IMG/VR virus record: IMGVR_UViG_3300031555_004297
Length of the DNA: 64,000 nt
DNA from: a virus
Taxonomy: Duplodnaviria > Caudoviricetes
Strand: one strand, 5' to 3'
Positions 37,074-47,268 of this stretch are shown here, piece after piece (within the stretch, counting starts at the first letter, position 1; every line of letters begins with the position of its first letter). The notes below the pieces were generated by a model, which had not been told where the DNA came from, searched no databases, and saw nothing but the letters and a program-made list of their open reading frames with translations. A program made the translations under genes and the position numbers.

Positions 37074-38537
37074 TTATTTCTTAGGAATACGAGTTGTTGT
37101 CTTCTTCTTAGGAGTTTCATCTCCATCAGAAGGTTTCTTTGTATTTCTTGTGCGAACGGGCTGCTTACGAGGAGCAGGCTCGTCCTCATCATAGAGATCT
37201 CCATACTTATCTGCAATTTCATCTACAGGATCGTCATCGATCTCTTCATCAGCAGATTCTACATAATCATCTGCAGCAGTTTCCTCTACAGTTTCATTTG
37301 TAGTTTCTTCTTCAGCGGACTCAGCTACTTCTTCCTTTACAGGTTCTTCTGTAGCCGCAACTGTAACTTTAATATTTACAGTATTATTTTCTTTGTCCTC
37401 TTTAACCTCATCTACAGAAACAAGCTTGACGTTCTGCTTAGGAGCCTTAATATTCTTCTTGGAAGAACCAGGCTTCTTAACATTAATCGCTGTTGCAACT
37501 TCTGCAGTCTCGACCCTATCCTTCATACCACCAGCAAGGATATCTTCGCCCTTAGTGATAGTAGCATTAAAGGTAGGGATGAATTTAGACTTGGTCTGAT
37601 TACCAAATCGGTTTCCGCTGCGGTTCGGAGCAGGTACATTAATTACCTCTGCTTTAAGAACTCCAGCTTTCTGAGTTTCAGGAATAGGTCTCTTGATAAC
37701 TTCCTCAGATTCGATTGAAGAAGTTAATACTTCCTTTCCTCTAGTAATAGTAACTTTCATTGTACTACCTCCTTTAATTACAATATTGTTTTCAATACTG
37801 TCATCTCTTAAATTACACGCTAAATATATTTTACCACATTTAGTGCATACTAGGTGATTAAATCCACAATCATAATCAATCTCGCCATCGCAAGTCTGGC
37901 CTGTTAATGGATCTACAAGTTTTGTACAGAAGAGCTTATTTCCATCGAGCTTGTAAATATATGGATAATCTAATAAGACAGGCGCATGTCCAAATCGAAT
38001 ACCCCAGTTCATAAAGAACTTTGTTCCAACATCTTCTACAACATACTGTCCTAAAATCTTATTTACAAGAATCTCAAATACATCTTCTGCGATCTCCCTG
38101 AACTCTGCTTTATTTTTTATAGGCAGAACTCGTTCCGCAAATCCTACCGTACCACATGGAGACGTATAAAACATCTTTGCTACATACGGCTTCAATAAGA
38201 ATTGATTTTGGAATTCTAGCGGATTATCTTGCATACCAACTTTATCTACAGCTATCTTAACAAGAAATCTGTCATCTTCAGAAAAGCTATAAACAATTCG
38301 GTTCGTACCAGCAGAGAATCGTTTAAATCCTCTTGGTCTCATAATATCATCTATCATCTTATATTTCTTTTGAATATTTGATGATAATCTGATTGATGTT
38401 GCTATGGATCTCAATGCATCTACATCCTGTTGCGTAAGATAGAAATGCATAGGAGGAATCCATAAGTTATCAAACTCAAATTCAAGAGGACTTTGCTTCT
38501 TGACCTTTAAGATGTCTAATACATCTATTTTAGCCAT
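37074..38537 (-). CDS. Protein-kinase-like protein with Zn ribbon and disordered charged tail
   Basis: SAGTNRIVY, LVKIA, DNPLE, EDVGTKFFMNWG, VLLDY; then C..(x)..C and CTKC. Confidence 0.65.
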   Translation of the reverse strand: MAKIDVLDILKVKKQSPLEFEFDNLWIPPMHFYLTQQDVDALRSIATSIRLSSNIQKKYKMIDDIMRPRGFKRFSAGTNRIVYSFSEDDRFLVKIAVDKVGMQDNPLEFQNQFLLKPYVAKMFYTSPCGTVGFAERVLPIKNKAEFREIAEDVFEILVNKILGQYVVEDVGTKFFMNWGIRFGHAPVLLDYPYIYKLDGNKLFCTKLVDPLTGQTCDGEIDYDCGFNHLVCTKCGKIYLACNLRDDSIENNIVIKGGSTMKVTITRGKEVLTSSIESEEVIKRPIPETQKAGVLKAEVINVPAPNRSGNRFGNQTKSKFIPTFNATITKGEDILAGGMKDRVETAEVATAINVKKPGSSKKNIKAPKQNVKLVSVDEVKEDKENNTVNIKVTVAATEEPVKEEVAESAEEETTNETVEETAADDYVESADEEIDDDPVDEIADKYGDLYDEDEPAPRKQPVRTRNTKKPSDGDETPKKKTTTRIPKK

Positions 38538-38554
38538 AGTAATATCCTCCCTTC

Positions 38555-39703
38555 TTAAGGTTCATCGAGCGATCTTATAAAGGACTGACGTGCTAACTCT
38601 AATCGATCTCTCATAAAGTTAGGCGCTGTCACACTATACTGACCCGTATTAGGATCATATGAGAAACTTGATGCTACAGCTGGATCATGCCCAGGACTTA
38701 CTGGTCGTCCATCAGGCATAACTCCATATCTGCCAGCAAATCGTTCAACTGCAGAGCGTTGAGCTCTGGTTCTGATACCATTTTTCTTAAGAAGATTCTC
38801 TCTAAAGGTATCTTTATTATAAGCTTGAGCCGTTCTCTTAAGACCTTGCTCATAGATTTCTCGGCTCATATCATGTGCTAATACAACTCCAGCTCCGTTA
38901 TTTAAGAAATCCAACAAATCCATATTGTCAAATGCCCGTTCAGGAGCTCTCTCATATAGCTGGTTGCGATAATGAATCATATTAGCTTCATTGATAGCAT
39001 TTCGTGTTTTCATATATTCAGCTTGATAACAGCATCTTTTATAATCTTCTCGCTTATATACATCAACATCGACTGCTTCCATAGCCGCTAAGACTTCATC
39101 TCCTCGAGTTACACTTACGGAGAGAAATCTCATAGGTTTCTTGTTATAAACTGGTTGTGATCGAGCATACTTATCATATCGATCAAACCTCTTTTCACAT
39201 TCAGCGGCTTCTTCTTCAGTTCTACTCACATTTTTACTTACAATTCGAGAGATAGATTTGAATAGTTTCTCATCATCATCGAGCTGTTCATCATAAGTAG
39301 AATTATTGTAATTAGCCGCTTCAAGACGCTCTCTAGCGTCATCATCCATAGGTTGCATATATAATGGATTATTGAAGCCATATCCATAACCACTATATCC
39401 ATAGCCCATATAAGGATTATAATAATCTCCAAATGCAGCTTGGTATCCAGGATTATATCCTCCAACAATATTTCTCGGTGGAGCGAATGTTGTAGGCTGA
39501 TATATCATTTGTTGTCCACCCTGCATTAGCATCTCTTTCGGTGATGGGAAAGGCATACCTTGTGGCTGTTGCTGCTGAGGTTGTGCCACCGTCTGAGTTG
39601 TAATTACTGTAGGACTACTACCGTAATAGCCAGGCATATTTCCAAACCCTTGTGGGGTGTTGTTTAGCATGGCTTGTACAGTAGGACTGTTCATATTAAG
39701 CAT
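38555..39703 (-). CDS. Hypothetical protein with Q/P/G/Y/N-rich low-complexity N-terminus
   Basis: QPQQQQPQG...GYNPGY..YYNPYMGYGYSGYGYGFNNP. Confidence 0.75.
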   Translation of the reverse strand: MLNMNSPTVQAMLNNTPQGFGNMPGYYGSSPTVITTQTVAQPQQQQPQGMPFPSPKEMLMQGGQQMIYQPTTFAPPRNIVGGYNPGYQAAFGDYYNPYMGYGYSGYGYGFNNPLYMQPMDDDARERLEAANYNNSTYDEQLDDDEKLFKSISRIVSKNVSRTEEEAAECEKRFDRYDKYARSQPVYNKKPMRFLSVSVTRGDEVLAAMEAVDVDVYKREDYKRCCYQAEYMKTRNAINEANMIHYRNQLYERAPERAFDNMDLLDFLNNGAGVVLAHDMSREIYEQGLKRTAQAYNKDTFRENLLKKNGIRTRAQRSAVERFAGRYGVMPDGRPVSPGHDPAVASSFSYDPNTGQYSVTAPNFMRDRLELARQSFIRSLDEP

Positions 39704-39752
39704 TAGGTGTTTCTCCTTTACTTTCTTGATACTTCATAATTATATTATGTAA

Positions 39753-40298
39753 TTATTTTGAAGTATCCTCTTCAACAAACTTGTCGATGATATGCTCAAT
39801 AACTGTCATAAAGCTAAGTTCTTCAGCAGAACCTTCCATATTAACAGCACTGAATGCATACTTACAGTTCGTTCTAAGCATAACGTTATATCTAGTCGCT
39901 AAAGAGCGTCTATACATAATAATTTTTATAACGTGAGAAATTGCTAAAAATGCTTGAGAAACAAGTTCGATGTTAAATAACTCATCAGCAGTAGAATACT
40001 GATTATCCTTATTTACAATCTTGTAGTACATTTCTTTTAATCCAGAAAGCACGGTTCCGATAACTATGTCGATTCCAGCAGAATCGGTGATTTCTTTAAG
40101 ACTATCATAAGCCTCGTCAATAGTTTCCTCGATTTTATCTGCAAGCTCGAGGTGATTAAGTTCTTTCTTTGCAGCCGATGAAATGAAAGGCTTTGCTTCA
40201 AGCTTGCGCTTAGGCGTTTCCGCAGGCTTTTCATTAGCTGTTACCTTATTCATTCCAAATACGAATGCTGCTCCTGGTCTGAGTCCTTGGTGTTTCAT
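39753..40298 (-). CDS. Hypothetical protein
   Basis: RBS AGGAGG; ATGA overlap. Confidence 0.7.
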   Translation of the reverse strand: MKHQGLRPGAAFVFGMNKVTANEKPAETPKRKLEAKPFISSAAKKELNHLELADKIEETIDEAYDSLKEITDSAGIDIVIGTVLSGLKEMYYKIVNKDNQYSTADELFNIELVSQAFLAISHVIKIIMYRRSLATRYNVMLRTNCKYAFSAVNMEGSAEELSFMTVIEHIIDKFVEEDTSK

Positions 40299-41023
40299 TG
40301 ATTGTATCCTCCTTTAAAATCGTGGTGACTTCTCACCGTAGTTTTGTCTATACATCTAATATACTGGTGTAGCATAGATGCACGAATATTATAGAAAAAG
40401 GGACTTAAGCCCTCTAACTCCGTATTAGGTAAAATAATCCCATTTGCTACATATGCATGTACAGCTTCTCTAGTAGATTTATCTACCATGTCATTGCATC
40501 TGCATAGATAGCAAATATCTAACCCTAAAGATTCTGGAGCTACTTTATTAGCTCTAATAAAGTGAGCTCTTGCTTTATCCATTGTCATTTTACCATCCAT
40601 TACATGACCACGCTGATGGTAAAATTCAATGCGTAAATTATTTTCAACGATTAGATTGAAAATATCAATGAACTTTTGTTGATTCATTACTGGTTGGCCA
40701 CTACTAGAAATTAGTGTTCCATCAGGCTGTATTCTTTCAACCCAATTCTTAATCCAATCTCTTAGGCCATAAAGTGAAATCTTTGAATCCGAAAACAACC
40801 TGAATATTGCTCCAGGGTTCTCTTTGCGAAGTTTTAATGCTTCCACAACTCCTATAAAAATAGCTAAGATTTCTGAAGAGTTATTGGTAGCATCTAATTG
40901 AATTATTCTTCTATATCCAACGTCATGGATACCGACACTATCCTGACATGTGATAACGCAACCGCCACAGGCAATCTTTTTATCAATGTCTATAGAGGCG
41001 TCGCAAAATAAGTTAAAGATCAT
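40295..41023 (-). CDS. rnhA: Ribonuclease HI
   Basis: FCDAS, TNNSSEILA, FSDSK, HQRGH and NDMVD catalytic motifs. Confidence 0.85.
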   Translation of the reverse strand: MIFNLFCDASIDIDKKIACGGCVITCQDSVGIHDVGYRRIIQLDATNNSSEILAIFIGVVEALKLRKENPGAIFRLFSDSKISLYGLRDWIKNWVERIQPDGTLISSSGQPVMNQQKFIDIFNLIVENNLRIEFYHQRGHVMDGKMTMDKARAHFIRANKVAPESLGLDICYLCRCNDMVDKSTREAVHAYVANGIILPNTELEGLSPFFYNIRASMLHQYIRCIDKTTVRSHHDFKGGYNQ

Positions 41024-41182
41024 AGTTTACTACCTCTTTTTCGTTTAGTTAATTCATTGTTTCTACCTATATAATATATGACCAAAATGAAGATTAAGAA
41101 AAAAGGTGAGAGAGCGGTTTCCCGCTCTCTCTCTGTATCATTTTTAAAGGAGATATAAAAAATGACTACTTACAAAATCAGA

Positions 41183-41752
41183 TTACGCTCTAACGAGGTT
41201 AACCTTGTTCTTGAGCTGATCAACAGCCTTCTTGGTCTTCTTAAGCTTCTTTGCATTCTTACCATCCTTCTTGCCGCACTTAGCCTCAAGAAGAGTATTC
41301 TCAACAAGCAACTTAACAGACTCAGCAGTGATAACAACAGCAACCTGCTCAGGCTCTACACCATTCTTAGCAGCGATGTCCTCAACGACATTTGTTGCAT
41401 CGGGCTCACACTCTTCTGCAGTAGCAGGAGCAGCACCCTCTTCAGCATTTGCATTCTGCTCAGCAGCTGCCATCTCGCCCTCAGTTTCCTGAATAGCGAT
41501 AACAGTCTCGAGCGAAACAAAGTACTTAGCAGTACCAACGGGAGCCTGAGCTGCATAAAGATTAACAGCCTCAGATACAACCGGAACACCACCATTAGTG
41601 GTCTTATCTTTCTCATCAACTTCTTCAACGTTATTAGTCAGATCTTCTTCGAGTTCCTCAATAACGTCCTTTACCTCTTCACTAACCTCGGGGTTAAGAA
41701 GATCAGCAGAAGCAGCTTCTACAAGCAACTTACGCGGATTGTTAAACAACAT
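41183..41752 (-). CDS. Probable head/virion protein (acidic, basic C-terminus)
   Basis: Late promoter 41815-41826; several hydrophobic-x-E|A/S sites. Confidence 0.55.
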   Translation of the reverse strand: MLFNNPRKLLVEAASADLLNPEVSEEVKDVIEELEEDLTNNVEEVDEKDKTTNGGVPVVSEAVNLYAAQAPVGTAKYFVSLETVIAIQETEGEMAAAEQNANAEEGAAPATAEECEPDATNVVEDIAAKNGVEPEQVAVVITAESVKLLVENTLLEAKCGKKDGKNAKKLKKTKKAVDQLKNKVNLVRA

Positions 41753-41909
41753 TTTGGAGTTCCTCCTTGATAAAATATTTTTTAGAATTGATCAATTCCA
41801 CGTCATTCGGAATTTATTTATATGTTGTAGAGTTAAAATAATTAAAACGCCCATAATTGAAGGCATTTATAGCGTTTTAACCCATTTTTTCCAGTATCAT
41901 AGCGAAAAA

Positions 41910-42644
41910 TCACTTATTTTCACCATCTACAAGCTCTCTAATACGACCCTTTACAAGATCTACAATATCCTCCATCTTGGGAAGATTGTAGGCTCCAGAT
42001 GGATCTACATAGATAAAGTGTTTAGCAAGAATGGTTTGAGCATCATCGCCATTATAAGTTTTAGTAGCTTCCTCAATATGCTCAAGAGTTTCTAACTGCT
42101 CTGGAAGCATATAAGGTTTGTAATGATTTACAAACTCTCTGTATTTTCCATATACAGCAGAAGTGGGGACAAATAAATAAGAGGCATGTACAAGCTGATG
42201 TACAGTCTCGGCCAAAGGAATAAGACCGACCATTAAATTATAATGCAGATACATTACTTCTTTAGCAACAAACTCTTCATCAAGAGGCTCATTATACGAT
42301 ATTCTTTTATTATAGACAATAAGCGCTATATCATACAAACTAAGCGGCTCATGATGAATTTCAATATGAATCTTCGTAGAATCGGCATTACTAAGATTTT
42401 TATAGAAAGCGCATCTATCCATATCGACATACTCTCTAAGATATTTAATCATAGCTTTGTATTCAAATGAAGTTCTAACACACATTTCAACAGCTTTTAT
42501 ATATTTCTGGAATGATTTATCATCATTCAGATCATAATCATAAAGGTTATACTCAGGAACCTCATGCATCTGTATGACTACAGGCGGATCTTCCATTTCA
42601 TATACCTTATTTCCAACAACATTCGGATCTCTCAAATAACTCAC
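41910..42644 (-). CDS. HNH-like conserved phage protein, paralog of 33927-34604
   Basis: DRC...IEIHH...LH...LAETVHQLVH; late motif 42659-42670. Confidence 0.65.
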   Translation of the reverse strand: MSYLRDPNVVGNKVYEMEDPPVVIQMHEVPEYNLYDYDLNDDKSFQKYIKAVEMCVRTSFEYKAMIKYLREYVDMDRCAFYKNLSNADSTKIHIEIHHEPLSLYDIALIVYNKRISYNEPLDEEFVAKEVMYLHYNLMVGLIPLAETVHQLVHASYLFVPTSAVYGKYREFVNHYKPYMLPEQLETLEHIEEATKTYNGDDAQTILAKHFIYVDPSGAYNLPKMEDIVDLVKGRIRELVDGENK

Positions 42645-42717
42645 CTACTTTCTATCATTATAGAAATGTTAAAAGAAGCAGATAGGAGTCAAAAGACTCC
42701 TATCTGAATGTTTATAA

Positions 42718-44115
42718 TTATACTTCGTTATCCTTATTAGGAACGACTCTTTCAAAATCTTCCTCTTCGGTACCATCGGGAGCAATACCAGCAGCCTGCT
42801 CATATTCTTCATCAGTTACTTCAAAGGTCTCATCTACAATACCAAGATCTTCGTCCATAAAATTGAACGGATCTTCGATAAGAAGACGAGGATTCGTATA
42901 AAGATCGCAAAGTTCTTTTGTATTAAATCTAGAAATAGATCTAAACCAATCACCTACTGCTTGTGCATACATGCGGATTTCTGCCTGAGCATGCTTATCT
43001 TCTCTAAGATGCAAGAACATCAGGAAACTCTTTACCGTAAATGTCATATAGATCTTTCTGCACTGAACATTTCCTGGGAGGAATGCTCTAGCATCTTCTT
43101 TCAGAAGATGGTGTTCCTGACCAGCAACAACAGGATTCTGAAGCTGCTCATAAATCTTACATATTGCATCTCCAATTTCATCGAGAGTGAGATGCATGGG
43201 GCTAGATGCTCCAAATCTGATATTGTACTTATGAGTTGCATCATACTTATCAGGCTTAAACAATGCAGGTGAGCTAAAGCATCCCTTGCTATAGTCTACA
43301 TATCTCTGAGACTCCTGAGTAATGCCATTTCTATGTCTTACAAGCTGATGAGTGCAAGTACGGCTCATATTCTTAAAAAGAATAGTAATAGATGCAAACT
43401 TAATCAGATCGAATGTTGTAATCTTTTCGGCGATCTCGGGTTCAATACTATAGAGATTCGTATACAGCTTCTTGATACTATCCATACCAATTACTTCAAA
43501 AAGTTCTGTATTTGCAGACTCGGGAAGAGATGCACTAAGCAGTTTGAAGTTTTCATCGGGCTCGAGATTCTGGAACAAATCTTTATCAAGAAGCTCGTAT
43601 GCACAGATATCTTCAAATGCGGCAGAGTTTCCATACTGGTAAAGAAGTGCTGTAATTGCCTGAAGAACAGGATTATTTAGATCTTCAGCTTCTTTATAGA
43701 GATCTGTAAAGCCTCTATAAGATCCACCGATAATAAAATGCCAGTATGTACCGTCATTAGACATTACACTAAAAGTATTAAGATACTTTACAGTAGTAAG
43801 AAAATCTACAAATTCAGGTGCAAACTTTACAGCAACTTTAAGATATGCAACAAAGTTACTGTGCTCAAGAATAGACGTATGGCCAGTCTTAGATCTACGT
43901 CCTACATAATCTGCAATTCCTTGATAATCTTCAGGAATTGGCTTATCCCAACAGCATGCTGATGCGGTTGCACAGATTGGAATTGCGTTATTCATACCTA
44001 CCAGGTATGCTTTGACTGCTCCAAATCCGATGGATTCTTCAGTCACTTTCTTCTTTCCGCCAACTTTAGTTCTGATTTTGGACATGGCGGTTTCTTTGGT
44101 AAACGGGTTGTTCAT
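42718..44115 (-). CDS. thyX: Flavin-dependent thymidylate synthase ThyX (double-length)
   Basis: GHTSILEH; SRTCTHQLVRHRNGITQESQRY; EDARAFLP; HAQAEIR. Confidence 0.92.
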   Translation of the reverse strand: MNNPFTKETAMSKIRTKVGGKKKVTEESIGFGAVKAYLVGMNNAIPICATASACCWDKPIPEDYQGIADYVGRRSKTGHTSILEHSNFVAYLKVAVKFAPEFVDFLTTVKYLNTFSVMSNDGTYWHFIIGGSYRGFTDLYKEAEDLNNPVLQAITALLYQYGNSAAFEDICAYELLDKDLFQNLEPDENFKLLSASLPESANTELFEVIGMDSIKKLYTNLYSIEPEIAEKITTFDLIKFASITILFKNMSRTCTHQLVRHRNGITQESQRYVDYSKGCFSSPALFKPDKYDATHKYNIRFGASSPMHLTLDEIGDAICKIYEQLQNPVVAGQEHHLLKEDARAFLPGNVQCRKIYMTFTVKSFLMFLHLREDKHAQAEIRMYAQAVGDWFRSISRFNTKELCDLYTNPRLLIEDPFNFMDEDLGIVDETFEVTDEEYEQAAGIAPDGTEEEDFERVVPNKDNEV

Positions 44116-44837
44116 AGTTTTTCTACCTCCTTAATAATTCTATCCCAAATTTCATCTGCAATTTCACTTCTACTTTTAATTGTATTATCCTCATTAAGGA
44201 CATCAATCACGATAAGATTGATTCCTGCAGATGCAAAGACATTTGTTTGGATTGCTCTCTCAGAGCGCTCCCATACACCTTGAATAAAAGATGTATCAAG
44301 TTCATTTAAATCCTTATTAGCTTTCTCAGCGATGAGCTGTCGAAGCACATCAAATGATTTCATTCTCATCCATACTACGATATCAGGTGTAGGAATTCCA
44401 TATACCTTTTCATCGTAGAGAAGGTCTTCAACAGATACGTTATTTTGATCCTTCATAGGATTATAAATAGCATTGGAAGAGCTGTATCTATCAAACAAGA
44501 ATACAGACTCTTTGTTTTTAAGCTTATCAATATTTCTTTGTATTCCATGTACTGATTCATACCAATATGCGAGTCTATCAGCACAATATAGATTGCAAGT
44601 AGCGATCGGATGCGATTTCATATGATCTCTATCAAGAGATCCATCTAACCATTTCTCAAGCATCAAAGCAGGTTGAGTTCCATATCTTGGAAATGATTCT
44701 GTAATAATTTCTACATCTGCTTCATAGCGAAGGCGAGCAGCAAAAGTTTTATAATTCGTTTCCTTAAACGAATTATCTAGACCTTCAAATGCAATTATTC
44801 GACCATTAAGCATTTCTTCAAAGTCAGTCATTTTCAT
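44112..44837 (-). CDS. tmk: Thymidylate kinase-like
   Basis: IIAFEGLDNSFKET, LFDRYSSSNAIY, PTPDIVV; coupled to thyX. Confidence 0.8.
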   Translation of the reverse strand: MKMTDFEEMLNGRIIAFEGLDNSFKETNYKTFAARLRYEADVEIITESFPRYGTQPALMLEKWLDGSLDRDHMKSHPIATCNLYCADRLAYWYESVHGIQRNIDKLKNKESVFLFDRYSSSNAIYNPMKDQNNVSVEDLLYDEKVYGIPTPDIVVWMRMKSFDVLRQLIAEKANKDLNELDTSFIQGVWERSERAIQTNVFASAGINLIVIDVLNEDNTIKSRSEIADEIWDRIIKEVEKL

Positions 44838-44936
44838 TCTCCTTTTATGTAATAATTACTTAATTGTATTGATCTCTGTATAATCATAAAAATATGCTTA
44901 AAGATATAATATAATAATGAAAGGAAGTGATTTAAC

Positions 44937-45749
44937 TTGACAAATTTTGAATGGGACTTCTATCAACCTATAGCAAAAAGATTATTTGACTATATGAATG
45001 GTAGAATTAATAAAATGAATAACCGATGTATTCTATACATCGATATGTATGATAATATTCGTAATACTTATGCTACTATTCGATATCCAAATCATATATT
45101 TCTTCATCTGGGAAATATTATAGATAGTTGGAATAATGAGTGGTATGGTATTATCAAAAAAGAAGAATATGTTTGCACTGTATTGGCTTGGGCCATTGCA
45201 CATGAATTATTTCATGCAGATCAAGCTATTCAAATGGTAATGTATATGAGCAATAATGCCTATAAAGAGGATAAAGAAAATGACGTACAACGATCTAGCT
45301 ATGATTGGGTGAGCGATAACCAATTTGTTTTATCAAATCTTATAGGAATTAGAATTGATATGGAGGCAATCACGTCAGATTCGCTTCCAGATGAAGGTCA
45401 TTATAGAAAGGCATCACCTGCAGAGTTTTATAAGCAGACTATAGCCAATACCATTCTAAAAGACCTTCAACTATTTAATAAATTAACATTTTTTACAAAT
45501 GATGCTGAGGCTGATGATATCATACTGATGTTTAATTCTAAAGAATCAGTTGTTATTAAAAGTGGAGGCAGATATCTTGCAGAAAATATAAGTGCATTTA
45601 GTGATATGACATATCGCTATGTAGCATATTATGATGTCTATGTCGTAAATGTAAATGTAGAAACTATAATGCGAGATGGACGATCTGTAGTTATAGTGGA
45701 TTTGAAAATTGATAATCCACTATTCTATCCAATGATGTTTAAAAAATAG
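44937..45749 (+). CDS. HExxH zincin-like protein
   Basis: AIAHELFHADQ with a downstream E. Confidence 0.55.
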   Translation: MTNFEWDFYQPIAKRLFDYMNGRINKMNNRCILYIDMYDNIRNTYATIRYPNHIFLHLGNIIDSWNNEWYGIIKKEEYVCTVLAWAIAHELFHADQAIQMVMYMSNNAYKEDKENDVQRSSYDWVSDNQFVLSNLIGIRIDMEAITSDSLPDEGHYRKASPAEFYKQTIANTILKDLQLFNKLTFFTNDAEADDIILMFNSKESVVIKSGGRYLAENISAFSDMTYRYVAYYDVYVVNVNVETIMRDGRSVVIVDLKIDNPLFYPMMFKK

Positions 45750-45765
45750 AGAGGAGATATGACAA

Positions 45766-46314
45766 ATGAAACATTATGCTAAATGGATGGAAGTTCAGAA
45801 AATCCATCCGCAAGATGATTACATGCTAAGGATTAATTATACGAAAATGCTTAGCGCTTGTCCAGATTTAGCAGATGTATGTCTTAATGATTTCTTAAAA
45901 TGTTGTAATTCTGTATTTATTCTTGTAGATAAGATTTATGGCAATACTCTTGGAATCATTGCAATTAGACAAGCATCTGTAGAAGAATTAAAGATTGCTG
46001 GTCTCGGATACTATTGTTTAGATAATCAAGCTTTATATAAGATTGAAGCCTTCCATTGTGATAGTAATGTCTCAGATGAAGACTGTTCTAAGCTAATTAA
46101 CACAGCTATCGCAGATAAGAATGATGGATTTATCTTCTATCGTCCAGTCTGCCCTACGGTTAAAGATCGAGAGAACTTTAAAGATTTTGTAGGATTTACT
46201 GAAACTACAGTTGTAAAAGATAATAAAGAATTAAATTACTTTGTTAAACCGCCGGCAGTATATGGAGAAGCTTCTCCAGAACGTCAAATAGAAGAAGTAA
46301 CAGAGTTGGCTTAA
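45766..46314 (+). CDS. Hypothetical protein (possibly degenerate GNAT fold)
   Basis: RBS GAGGAG. Confidence 0.6.
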   Translation: MKHYAKWMEVQKIHPQDDYMLRINYTKMLSACPDLADVCLNDFLKCCNSVFILVDKIYGNTLGIIAIRQASVEELKIAGLGYYCLDNQALYKIEAFHCDSNVSDEDCSKLINTAIADKNDGFIFYRPVCPTVKDRENFKDFVGFTETTVVKDNKELNYFVKPPAVYGEASPERQIEEVTELA

Positions 46315-46340
46315 TTGCCAACTCTGTTATTTTTTTTTGT

Positions 46341-46880
46341 TTACTTTACCCAAGAAGGGCAGGGAGCGAATACACGAATGCTCTCATGAGCAGGAACTAC
46401 GGTAGGTGTCTTAGAATAACGATCACTGCCATCGTCATTAACTCCAACCTTCTGCGGGAAGAGACGAGTAGTAGCTTCTACTTTCTTAAGACCAAGAGAT
46501 ACGTCAGAATGCTCTCTTGCTCCAAGAGGAAGCTTACGACCAGTCTGAAGGAAGGTATTAACAAACTCCTTAGAGATGCTTACCATAGAAGCAGCTTCAG
46601 ACTTCTTAACTTCATAGCCTTCCATAAGCTGAGTAGCCTCTGCCATAGGAACCTTTGCCGCATTAGAGATTACACTTGCGCACATCTGCTGGAAGTCACG
46701 TGCAGGATTATAGCTCATTTCTTTACCATCTTTACCATAGATATCTACAGTATAAGAAGTATCGCTAAGCATTGCCTGCATAACACGGATCTCGTCCTTT
46801 CTGGACGAGCTTACTTGGTTAAGACCTGTAGAAATTTCTTCAATCAAGGCCTTTACGGTGATTTCGCCTTCGTTGTTCAT
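46341..46880 (-). CDS. Conserved hypothetical phage protein
   Basis: RBS AGGAGG before ATG 46880. Confidence 0.7.
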   Translation of the reverse strand: MNNEGEITVKALIEEISTGLNQVSSSRKDEIRVMQAMLSDTSYTVDIYGKDGKEMSYNPARDFQQMCASVISNAAKVPMAEATQLMEGYEVKKSEAASMVSISKEFVNTFLQTGRKLPLGAREHSDVSLGLKKVEATTRLFPQKVGVNDDGSDRYSKTPTVVPAHESIRVFAPCPSWVK

Positions 46881-46935
46881 TTGGAATCCTCCTAAATTAT
46901 ATTTTTTATATTTATGATAAAAGAGATCATTTATC

Positions 46936-47094
46936 TCATTTATTAATAGTTTCTGCATTGGGCTTATTATCAAAAAAGATCATAGGCTCAATTAGCTTTC
47001 TAGGTTTTCCCTTTTCTGTAATTAATCGATTTACTTCTTCAGGCGTTGCTTCTGCAAGAAACTTGATAAAGTTATCTCGAGTGATTGTCTGCAT
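46936..47094 (-). CDS. Small hypothetical protein (52 aa), below ORF-track cutoff
   Basis: MQTITRDNFIKFLAEATPEEVNRLITEKGKPRKLIEPMIFFDNKPNAETINK. Confidence 0.5.
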   Translation of the reverse strand: MQTITRDNFIKFLAEATPEEVNRLITEKGKPRKLIEPMIFFDNKPNAETINK

Positions 47095-47268
47095 ATATGA
47101 TTTTTCTTTTTTCAAAGTTCAATCCTTCTTTCTTAGGATTATTTAATAGTGTCCTTTATACTTTCCTACATAGGCCACTATTGGATTACTTGAATGTGAA
47201 CGCCCGTGTAAAGGTTAACTTGGGAACGTTCCAACTTATTAATAATTCAATAAAAGGGGTGAGAAATT

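Noticed and set aside
41162-41770. 202-aa plus-strand ORF with RBS
   Set aside because: Completely antisense to 41183-41752 with shadow-like L/S/I-rich composition
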